64,000 nucleotides of DNA from assembly GCA_945861665.1 (NCBI GenBank), contig CAMAVS010000002.1, positions 143,527 to 207,526 of the forward strand, given 5' to 3'. Of the stretch, positions 29,239 to 37,344 are shown in pieces. Every line of letters starts with the position of its first letter. The first letter of the stretch is position 1. The stretch comes from Chitinophaga pinensis (GTDB taxonomy: Bacteria > Bacteroidota > Bacteroidia > UBA4408). The notes under the pieces are model-generated. The model was not told where the DNA came from. It did no database searches and saw nothing but the letters and a program-made list of their open reading frames with translations. The position numbers and the translations under genes were made by a program.

Positions 29239-30120
29239 TTAGTTTCGTTTATCAATACCCCAGTTGAGTTTTTTGTGCAAGGTGTTAAAGAAATCTTGCC
29301 CCTGAAGTCGAATTAAATTTACCTTAAACTTCTCTTGCGTTATGGTCATTTCTACTAAGGAGTCGATTGTTTCGGAGCGCGAATCCAACGAAACAAGAAA
29401 ACTGCCTTGCCGCCCTTCAACTTTCAAAGTAAGAGAATCCTTGCTCGACACAATAATCGGTCGAACATTTAAATTGTGGGGCGCTATGGGCGTAACAATA
29501 AAATTTTCTGATTGAGGAACCATAATAGGTCCGCCACAACTTAATGAATAGGCTGTTGAGCCCGTTGGGGTTGAAACAATAAGGCCGTCTGCCCAATATG
29601 TATTTATAAAAACACCGTTTAAATAGGCGTGAATACTAATCATAGAAGAAGAGTCCTTTTTGTGAATAGTTATTTCATTGAGTGCAAAATTTAAGTCGCC
29701 AAAAAGCCCTGATGATGTTTCAAATTTTACCAAAGAGCGTTCGTCAAGTTCATGCCTGTTGTTTGCCAATGCATCAATACTCATTTCTATTTCCGGAATA
29801 GAAACAGTAGACAAAAAGCCCAATCGCCCGGTGTTGATGCCCATTATTGGAATTCCTGAATTTCTAACGAAAGCGAGCGTGTCTAACAAGGTTCCATCAC
29901 CGCCAATGCTAAATAAAAAGTCAGCCTTGTTAGCCAAAGAAGCATTTTGTTCAAACAACTCAATGGAGACAGACCTAAAGTTGACTTGTTCCTTAAGTAA
30001 GGAATAAAAATCACGGTGAATAAGAATCTGCGCATTTGACTCTTGTAGCTTGTCTACAACACGTTGAACGTGAGGCAAACTAACTGCATTAATTGTTCTT
30101 CCGTATAAGGCGACTCTCAT
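29239..30120 (-). CDS. nadK: NAD(+) kinase
   Basis: GGDGTLL motif (SIGGDGTLLDTLAFV), with NE/D short motifs and about 293 aa length. Confidence 0.9.
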   Translation of the reverse strand: MRVALYGRTINAVSLPHVQRVVDKLQESNAQILIHRDFYSLLKEQVNFRSVSIELFEQNASLANKADFLFSIGGDGTLLDTLAFVRNSGIPIMGINTGRLGFLSTVSIPEIEMSIDALANNRHELDERSLVKFETSSGLFGDLNFALNEITIHKKDSSSMISIHAYLNGVFINTYWADGLIVSTPTGSTAYSLSCGGPIMVPQSENFIVTPIAPHNLNVRPIIVSSKDSLTLKVEGRQGSFLVSLDSRSETIDSLVEMTITQEKFKVNLIRLQGQDFFNTLHKKLNWGIDKRN

Positions 30121-30153
30121 TAATACAAATGTACTAAATATTGACGAACGCTT

Positions 30154-31551
30154 TTAAATAGGTGCCGTAAAGTGTAGAAAAACCACCTTTTCTTTCAAAT
30201 CATTCATTGCTATTTCAAAACGAAAAACACTGTCGTAATATGTTACAAAATCGATTCCCATGCCGGCTCCCCAAATGTATTTATTAGAAAGGGGATTTGT
30301 TGCAAAGTGTTTTTTATCTTCTGTATAGGCGGCATCAAAGAATAAATTTCCATAAAAAGCATAATGAAATGTGTCGAACCTTGCGTTGTTGATGAAATTT
30401 ATTTTTTGATTGTGCGGCTTTATAATTTCGTATTTGATGTTGCTTCTTGCCAGAACGTATTTTTGTGCATCAATCACATAATATTCATATCCCCTTACAT
30501 ATTCTCCATACCCTAAGCCTCTTTGTATAAAATAGTATTGTTTTTTTTGATTGTCTGAGGTTTTACATTTTACACCAGCAGCTATATACAACCTGTTAAA
30601 AACGGGAACAAAAACCTTTACAGCGGCTTCAATTTTATTAATTCCCACAGGCTCGTTGCATAATATTCCTAGTCCAAAGCGGGTAATGTCGCCATCAAAA
30701 TAATATCCTTTAAGCGGATAGTATTTTGAATCACGCAAATCGCGCCTAAACAAATAGCTGATAGTAAAAAATTGAGTTTTAGTGGCATTATTACTGTAAT
30801 AATCACTTTGTAGCTCGGTGAGGGTGTCGGCTATTTTACCATAGTTGTAGCGCAGTTCTGCGCTATGCGTGTTGTATGTTCTTGAGCGGTAGTGGTAACG
30901 AGCCTTACCACCAAGCTCTTGTCGTATAAATTCAGAATCGTTTTTATAAAACAATAATTTATTGTTGCGTGTAGCATAGTTTATTTCGTGATTATGTGAA
31001 TAGTTAAACGAAACAGACATTCCGCTTTTTTGTTTTTTGTTGAGATAAGGAACATTGTAATAAACACCAAATTGCTTTGTAAATCCAAGCTGAAACTTGA
31101 GTTGAATGTTTTCTTTTCTTCCTCTAAAATTGTATCGAACTAAGTATGCCCCATAGTTGAGGTGCTCTAAATTTTTGTTTTGCCACCATACCGTTAAGTT
31201 TGGGTCGGCTACCTCTAAAATAGGCAAGGGCAATGTATACCAACGCTCCGAAACGGTTATATAAACATCCAATTTATTCTTTTCTATCGCAAGTGTGTCT
31301 ATTCTTACAAAATTAAAAAGGGAAGTATTTAAAAGGTTTTCGCGCGATTTTATTACTTTTTTATCTAAGTCAATTTTACTAAGAGTGTCGTTAATAGCAA
31401 ATAACAGTTCGCGCATTATAATAGCGCTTTTTGTTACTTTATTTCCAATAAAAACAATGTTATGAATAAGGAGTTTTTGTTTAACAGTGTCATTTTTAAC
31501 CACGGGCTGTGGAAGCAATTGCGAAAAAAAAAGTAAGGACGCAAGGAGCAT
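30154..31551 (-). CDS. POTRA-domain outer-membrane beta-barrel protein (BamA/TamA/ShlB superfamily)
   Basis: Signal peptide. A POTRA-like segment (IHNIVFIGNKVTKSAIIMRELLF...FNFVRIDTLAIEKNKLDVYITVSERW). The remainder has alternating aromatic/hydrophobic strands typical of a barrel. Confidence 0.55.
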   Translation of the reverse strand: MLLASLLFFSQLLPQPVVKNDTVKQKLLIHNIVFIGNKVTKSAIIMRELLFAINDTLSKIDLDKKVIKSRENLLNTSLFNFVRIDTLAIEKNKLDVYITVSERWYTLPLPILEVADPNLTVWWQNKNLEHLNYGAYLVRYNFRGRKENIQLKFQLGFTKQFGVYYNVPYLNKKQKSGMSVSFNYSHNHEINYATRNNKLLFYKNDSEFIRQELGGKARYHYRSRTYNTHSAELRYNYGKIADTLTELQSDYYSNNATKTQFFTISYLFRRDLRDSKYYPLKGYYFDGDITRFGLGILCNEPVGINKIEAAVKVFVPVFNRLYIAAGVKCKTSDNQKKQYYFIQRGLGYGEYVRGYEYYVIDAQKYVLARSNIKYEIIKPHNQKINFINNARFDTFHYAFYGNLFFDAAYTEDKKHFATNPLSNKYIWGAGMGIDFVTYYDSVFRFEIAMNDLKEKVVFLHFTAPI

Positions 31552-32216
31552 TACATATTTATGTAATTCATTAACGAGTCAAAGCGGTTTTTTATATCGT
31601 TATCGGAAAAATGGCTATGGTGAAACGATGCTTTTACGGTATAGTTGTACCGAGCAAATGTTTGCAGTATAGCAGAAAGATCCTCGCGATTAACTTTTAA
31701 TGTTACTTCTAGTTTAGAGGAATCTGGAGGGGAGGAAATGTAAAGGCTTAATATTTTACCATCGTTGGATTCAACTATACCAGCAATTTGTGAAAGTTGA
31801 TAATCTTTTTCGTTCATTTCAAGAACAATTAAGCCACCTTTCTCTCTCATAAAAGCCATTCCGGCAAAGTTATCCATAATATGTGCAAGTGTAACAATAC
31901 CCGTGTATTGTTCCTTTTCGTTAATAACCGGAATGAGCGATAATTTAAGCGTAGATAAAATAGTTAACACTTCATAATAATGCTGCCCTTCCTTTGCGTA
32001 AGGGCGCATAAGCGACAACCGCTGCCTCCCCAATTGTTTCTCGGGGTGTTCCATATCCAATAAGTCAGCTTCCGAAATCAGGCCCAAATATTCTAGTCCA
32101 CGAACAATAGGCAGGTTTGTTACACCATATTCATCCATCCACTGCAAGGCTTTTTCTCCGGTGTCGGAAATCTTTAAAGGTGGGATTTCATCAATTATGA
32201 GATCTTTTGCGTACAT
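31551..32216 (-). CDS. CBS-domain pair protein
   Basis: Two CBS-like modules (VTNLPIV..., LSLIPVINEKEQYTGIVTLAHIMD). An ATG at 32216 is preferred over the TTG at 32246. Confidence 0.65.
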   Translation of the reverse strand: MYAKDLIIDEIPPLKISDTGEKALQWMDEYGVTNLPIVRGLEYLGLISEADLLDMEHPEKQLGRQRLSLMRPYAKEGQHYYEVLTILSTLKLSLIPVINEKEQYTGIVTLAHIMDNFAGMAFMREKGGLIVLEMNEKDYQLSQIAGIVESNDGKILSLYISSPPDSSKLEVTLKVNREDLSAILQTFARYNYTVKASFHHSHFSDNDIKNRFDSLMNYINM

Positions 32217-32304
32217 ATTGTATAGCCTGTTAAATACAAAAACCAAATTTATAGTATCACAAACATACTATTTTTTTAGTTTTACTAAAATTTAGATTCG
32301 GCCA

Positions 32305-33024
32305 ATGACCAAATTAAGTGTTAATATTAATAAAGTGGCAACTTTGCGCAATGCTCGCGGAGGCAACGACCCCAATGTAATTACGTTTGCACAAGATTGT
32401 GAGCGTTTTGGCGCAGACGGAATAACGGTACACCCCCGTCCTGATGAGCGACACATACGTTACCGCGATGTGTTGTTGTTGAAGCCAATGTTAAAAACAG
32501 AATTTAACATTGAAGGAAATCCTAAAGAAAAAAAGTTTATACAATTGGTGATTGACGCAAAACCCACACAGGTAACCCTTGTGCCCGATGTTATAGGGCA
32601 AGTAACTTCTAATCACGGATGGGACACTGTTGTTAATGCGGCCTATTTAAAGGAAACAATTTTGGCATTTAAAGAAGCGGGAATACGCACCTCCATATTT
32701 ATAGATGCAAATTTAGAAATGATTGAAGGGGCGAAAGACTGCGGAGCAGACAGGGTGGAGCTATATACAGAAAGCTACGCACACCATTATTTTAAAGAAC
32801 CGGAAAGAGCAATACGGCCTTTTATTGAAGCAGCCAAAATGGCCACCGAAATTGGCTTAGGAATAAATGCAGGCCACGATTTAAACAAGGAAAACTTGGC
32901 TTTTTTTGCAAAAAAAATCCCCGAACTATTGGAGGTTTCTATTGGTCACGCTTTAATTTCTGATGCCTTGTATTTGGGAATTGAAAACACCATACAACTA
33001 TACTTGCGTCAACTAAAACAATGA
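32305..33024 (+). CDS. pdxJ: Pyridoxine 5'-phosphate synthase
   Basis: [17 protein letters not shown]...[16 protein letters not shown] is the PdxJ signature. Confidence 0.9.
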   Translation: MTKLSVNINKVATLRNARGGNDPNVITFAQDCERFGADGITVHPRPDERHIRYRDVLLLKPMLKTEFNIEGNPKEKKFIQLVIDAKPTQVTLVPDVIGQVTSNHGWDTVVNAAYLKETILAFKEAGIRTSIFIDANLEMIEGAKDCGADRVELYTESYAHHYFKEPERAIRPFIEAAKMATEIGLGINAGHDLNKENLAFFAKKIPELLEVSIGHALISDALYLGIENTIQLYLRQLKQ

Positions 33025-33791
33025 AACTAAATTATAAAAAACTAGGAGAAGGAAGAGCTCTAGTAATTTTACATGGACTATTTGGCTCATTGGATAATTG
33101 GCAAACACTTGGAAAAAAATTTGCGGAACACTACACGGTATATCTTTTAGACTTGCGCAATCACGGACACTCGCCACATAGCGATGAGTGGAGTTATGAG
33201 TTAATGTGCGAGGATTTGTTTGAGTTTTTAAACGACAATAAATTGGATAAAATATATTTGTTGGGCCATTCGCTTGGCGGAAAAGTAGCAATGAAATTTG
33301 CACTAACACATTATGAAAGAGTGGAGAAGTTAATTGTGGCAGACATCTCTCCGAAATATTATCCGCCTCAGCAAAGCGATGTGTTAACTGCAATTAATGC
33401 AGTGGATGTTGAGGTTGTGAAAAGCAGAAAAGGGGTGGAAGAAATTCTAGCAAATAATAAATTGGATTTAGGAACACGTCAGTTTTTACTAAAAAACCTT
33501 TACTGGAAAGACCAAAGTCGTGCTCGATTGGCTTGGCGCTTTAACTTTAAGGCGATTGAAAAAAACATTTTAATAGTTGGGCAAGAACAAATGGCTGGAA
33601 AGCCAAACCCTTTATTTTGTTTATTCTTAAGGGGGGCTAATTCCAACTATATTGGGGAAGAAGATTTGGAAAACACACGTGCATTGTTCCCGAAGGCGAT
33701 AGCAAAAACCATTCAAAATGCAAATCACTGGCTGCATACAGATCAACCCGTTTTGTTTTATGAAGAAGTTGTGTTGTTTCTAAAGTACTAA
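33021..33791 (+). CDS. Alpha/beta-fold hydrolase (YbfF-like esterase)
   Basis: HGLFGS oxyanion region and the GHSLGG nucleophile elbow, 256 aa. Confidence 0.75.
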   Translation: MKLNYKKLGEGRALVILHGLFGSLDNWQTLGKKFAEHYTVYLLDLRNHGHSPHSDEWSYELMCEDLFEFLNDNKLDKIYLLGHSLGGKVAMKFALTHYERVEKLIVADISPKYYPPQQSDVLTAINAVDVEVVKSRKGVEEILANNKLDLGTRQFLLKNLYWKDQSRARLAWRFNFKAIEKNILIVGQEQMAGKPNPLFCLFLRGANSNYIGEEDLENTRALFPKAIAKTIQNANHWLHTDQPVLFYEEVVLFLKY

Positions 33792-33842
33792 TAGATTGGG
33801 GGGATGAAGGTAAAAGACAAAGACAGCTACATACTGTTTTTG

Positions 33843-34913
33843 CTATGCCTTTTTTAAAGTAAAAGAAAAAGTAGAACCAATGCCTTCTGTGCTTCGCACA
33901 TTGATGGTTTGATTGTGGGCCTCAATGATGTGTTTCACAATGGCTAGGCCCAAGCCTGTTCCGCCTTGGTTGCGTGCGCGACTTTTGTCAACACGATAAA
34001 ATCGCTCAAACAAGCGGGGCAAATGGTGTTTGGCAATACCAATTCCATTGTCGGCAATTTCTATTAAAATATTTTCGTCCATATCGTAAAAGCGCACTTC
34101 TGTTTCACCGCCCTCTCTGCCGTATTTAATGGAGTTAACAATTAAATTCGTAAACACTTGCCGGATTTTTTCTTTGTCCCCCACCACCTTAATTGGCCCT
34201 TCATAGACTTCTTTTAAAAGCAGCTTAATGCTTTTTGTTTCGGCATTTATTTCTAATGAGTGAACCGCATCTTCGGCCAGGAAAAGCAAATCAAATTTTT
34301 CAGGATAAATAGTTAATTCCCCGGCTTCTAATTGTGATATAGACTCCAAATCTTCCACAATGTTAATCATCCTATCAACATTGCTCGCTGTACGTTGTAA
34401 ATAGTTTCTATTAATCGTTTCGTCTTCTAACCCTCCATCGAGCAGCGTTAATACGTATCCCTGTATTGCAAAAATTGGAGTTTTAAGTTCGTGCGAAACG
34501 TTTCCAACAAACTCTTTCCGATAAACTTCTAGTTTTTTTAGCTGTTCAATTTCGTTGCGGTTATAATCTGCCCACTCTTGCACTTCCTTGTTTACGTTTT
34601 GAAAAACATCATCGTCAATGTTTATGCTGTTTTTTTCGTTTGAGCTTCCTGTTTTTAGATTGTGAATAGATTTATAGATTAAATTTATTTTATCGTGAAT
34701 AAACGTTTTAAGCATAAAACGCAACAATAAATAACATACAATAAAACAGGCGGCGCTTATTAAAAAGGCAAACCCCCAATTGATATCAGAAAAAAACAAG
34801 TACTGAAAAACAATGGAAAAAAAACCTATTAAAATGTAAATTGAAATAGAAGTGACAAAAACAATAGCCCCAGGATTTAACTTTTTCACTCTTACGAATG
34901 TATTAAAAGTCAA
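33843..34913 (-). CDS. Sensor histidine kinase (2 TM, HisKA plus HATPase_c)
   Basis: H-box FVGNVSHELKTP, N-box IVNSIKYG, and the G-boxes DNGIGI and GGTGLGLAIVK. Confidence 0.8.
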   Translation of the reverse strand: MTFNTFVRVKKLNPGAIVFVTSISIYILIGFFSIVFQYLFFSDINWGFAFLISAACFIVCYLLLRFMLKTFIHDKINLIYKSIHNLKTGSSNEKNSINIDDDVFQNVNKEVQEWADYNRNEIEQLKKLEVYRKEFVGNVSHELKTPIFAIQGYVLTLLDGGLEDETINRNYLQRTASNVDRMINIVEDLESISQLEAGELTIYPEKFDLLFLAEDAVHSLEINAETKSIKLLLKEVYEGPIKVVGDKEKIRQVFTNLIVNSIKYGREGGETEVRFYDMDENILIEIADNGIGIAKHHLPRLFERFYRVDKSRARNQGGTGLGLAIVKHIIEAHNQTINVRSTEGIGSTFSFTLKKA

Positions 34914-35583
34914 ACTTATATCCTACTCCTTTAACTGTTTTAATTAAATGATCGCCTAATTTTTCGCGTAATTTTCTTATGTGCACATCAATGGTTCTAT
35001 CGCCCACTACCACATCTTCGCCCCAAACTTTTCCCAATATTTCATCGCGGTGAAAAACCTTTCCCGGCTTTGACACCAATAGGGCTAATAGCTCAAACTC
35101 CTTTTTAGGTAACGACAAATCCACTCCGTTTTGGATAACCAAGTATTTTTCGCGGTCAATTTTTAATCCGCCCACATCAATGTTCTTAACTTCTTTGTCG
35201 GAATCTAATCTGCGAAGAATAGCGCCTATTCTGCTCAGTAGCACTTTGGGCTTAATGGGTTTGTTAATATAGTCATCGGCACCTGCATTAAAACCTGCTA
35301 TTTGCGAATAGTCTTCATTCCGAGCAGTAAGAAATGCAATCAATACGTTTTTGAATTCTTCTGTTTCTCTAATTTCTCGACACATTTCTATTCCATCTTG
35401 ACCCGGCATCATCACATCAATAATAATTAAGTGGGGCAATATTTTTTTTGCCAAGGAAACCCCCTCTTTGCCATTAACTGCAGTATATACGTGATACCCA
35501 GCCACTTTCAAGTTGTAACTTAAAAACTCCAAAATATCTGGCTCATCGTCAACCAACAATATTTTATACTCACCTGTATTCAT
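34903..35583 (-). CDS. OmpR/PhoB-type response regulator (receiver plus winged helix)
   Basis: Receiver (ILLVDDEPDILEF...IIIDVMMPGQDG) and C-terminal trans_reg_C (LSLPKKEFELLALLVSKPGKVFHRDEIL...IDVHIRKLREKL). It overlaps the kinase gene by 11 nt. Confidence 0.85.
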   Translation of the reverse strand: MNTGEYKILLVDDEPDILEFLSYNLKVAGYHVYTAVNGKEGVSLAKKILPHLIIIDVMMPGQDGIEMCREIRETEEFKNVLIAFLTARNEDYSQIAGFNAGADDYINKPIKPKVLLSRIGAILRRLDSDKEVKNIDVGGLKIDREKYLVIQNGVDLSLPKKEFELLALLVSKPGKVFHRDEILGKVWGEDVVVGDRTIDVHIRKLREKLGDHLIKTVKGVGYKFDF

Positions 35584-35725
35584 TTTTCTTTTTTTTGTAA
35601 AGGTATCAGCCTTTGTGTTAATAAAAAGTTAATTAAATATTAATTAAATATTATAAGAGCAATAGAAGAAAGTCGCGGTCGACTAAAATGTATGAGACAA
35701 AAACACCCCAAGGTGATTTATTATA

Positions 35726-36160
35726 ATGTTTTTTCGTATATTTGGTGTTAGGTTTAATTTTTTAAAAGTGACAAAACGTGTTTTTATATTTTTAGCAATA
35801 GCGTTTATCTCAAGCGCGCCCCCTCTTTTTGCTCAATCCGCAGCAATAGGTTTCAGCGACCCCTCTTCAATATTAGCAAATGTTTCGGAGGGTATTTATG
35901 TCCCAAATGTATTTACGCCTAACTATGATGGAGTAAACGATGCCTTTTATATTGCGAATAAAGGAATTGCAGAATACAGTCTTAAAATATTCGATCGCTA
36001 TGGCATATTGGAGTTTGAAACAGTTTCTCCCAATATATCTTGGGACGGAACAACCCCTTCGGGGCTTCCTTTAAGTGTCGGTACTTATTTTTATGTCTTG
36101 GTTGCTAAGTCGGCAAGCAAGGAGTATAGCCAAAGCGGGAAAATAATGTTGTTGCGATAA
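35726..36160 (+). CDS. Small secreted protein consisting essentially of a signal peptide plus a gliding-motility-associated C-terminal (CHU_C / T9SS type-B) domain
   Basis: VPNVFTPNYDGVNDAFYI...IFDRYGILEF...SWDG...GTYFYVL matches the CHU_C pattern (PNxFTPNGDGxND...RWG...W.G...G.Y.Y). The whole protein is 144 aa. Confidence 0.6.
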   Translation: MFFRIFGVRFNFLKVTKRVFIFLAIAFISSAPPLFAQSAAIGFSDPSSILANVSEGIYVPNVFTPNYDGVNDAFYIANKGIAEYSLKIFDRYGILEFETVSPNISWDGTTPSGLPLSVGTYFYVLVAKSASKEYSQSGKIMLLR

Positions 36161-36187
36161 AAGAAAGTTTCGTCTGCTTATTTTAAA

Positions 36188-36580
36188 TTATTTTTTCCAG
36201 CAACCAACCAAATGGTCGTCTACCATACCTGTCGCCTGCATATATGCATAACAAATAGTTGAGCCAACAAACTTGAATCCGCGCTTAAGTAAATCTTTAC
36301 TCATTGCGTCAGACTCTTTTGTTTTGGGAAGCAAATTTCGCACTTCTTTGGGACGATTTACAATTGTTTTGCCATTTGTAAATTGCCAGATACAGGCATC
36401 AAAACTTACAAATTCTTTTTGTACTTGTAAGTGTGCTTTTGCATTGCCAATGGTTGATTATGTCTTAAGTTGATTGGGAATAATTCCCTTGTTTTACATA
36501 AGTTGTTCAACTTTTAGGGCATCGTGTTTTGCAATTTTTTCGCATCAAAACCGCTAACTAATTCGTAGCCGCCAACAAGA
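36188..36580 (-). pseudogene. tag: DNA-3-methyladenine glycosylase I (tag) remnant: 5'-truncated and internally disrupted
   Basis: Manual minus-strand translation gives ...STIGNAKAHLQVQKEFVSFDACIWQFTNGKTIV...MSKDLLKRGFKFVGSTICYAYMQATGMVDDHLVGCWKK-stop, which matches the Tag C-terminal half (IIGNARAYL...LKKRGFKFVGTTICYSFMQACGLVNDH). Upstream, the Tag-like sequence (GFDAKKIAKHDALKVEQLM / NKGIIPNQLKT) is only recovered by frame switching and contains in-frame stops. recO ends at 36621, leaving no room for the first roughly 60 codons. Confidence 0.6.
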
Positions 36581-36620
36581 GGCTAAAAATATGAAATTAC
36601 AGTTAAAATACCAACTAAAT

Positions 36621-37343
36621 TTAGCTAAACACAGCTTTAAGTACTTCTACCGAACGTAAATCTTTAAAAGCGGGAATGTGTAAGGAGTAGTACGCCACTA
36701 ATTTATCAATAAATTCAGCCCTTGTTTCGGAGGATATTGAAATAGTGTCGCAACGGGATAATGAAGTTTCAATAATTTGATAAAGCAAAAGTGTGTATTG
36801 GGGATTTAAAAAATAAAAATGTTCCGGAGAATTCGAAATAAAAGAGCCATTTACTAAATCGAAATAATTTTGTCCGGTTGAAACTCCTTGGGGATAAAAG
36901 CCAAGGAATCGGCTAAACTGTAGTGTAAATACCAAATGAAAATTGGAGCAATTTCCTGAAAATACATCGAGCAACTGAATGGAGCTAAACAAAAAGGAAA
37001 ACAAACCACTATTAGGCTCTTCTTCTTTTATCGTTTTCACAAGCAATTCATTTATAAAAAAAACGACAGCCTGCTTTTTTATATCGAAAGGAATAGTTGT
37101 AAAGACCTTGTTTATTTTTATTTCTTGAATGGCATTTAATTTTTCTCCGCCGCTCTTAAACACAACCATTTCAACCAACGATAGTGGTTGAAAATAGGAG
37201 GGCTTTGTTTTAGAGTTTTTTTTTCTTGCCCCTCTAACTATATAGGATTGTAATCCAAAAAGGTCGGTGTAGGCTGTTACAATCAAGCTGCTTTCGGAGT
37301 ATTCCACCACCCTTAAAACAATCCCCTTTAGTGTATACAGCAT
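36621..37343 (-). CDS. recO: DNA repair protein RecO
   Basis: N-terminal OB-fold sequence (LKGIVLRVVEYSESSLIVTAYTDLFGLQSYIVRGARK...FQPLSLVEMVV), 240 aa. Confidence 0.8.
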   Translation of the reverse strand: MLYTLKGIVLRVVEYSESSLIVTAYTDLFGLQSYIVRGARKKNSKTKPSYFQPLSLVEMVVFKSGGEKLNAIQEIKINKVFTTIPFDIKKQAVVFFINELLVKTIKEEEPNSGLFSFLFSSIQLLDVFSGNCSNFHLVFTLQFSRFLGFYPQGVSTGQNYFDLVNGSFISNSPEHFYFLNPQYTLLLYQIIETSLSRCDTISISSETRAEFIDKLVAYYSLHIPAFKDLRSVEVLKAVFS

Positions 37344-37344
37344 T

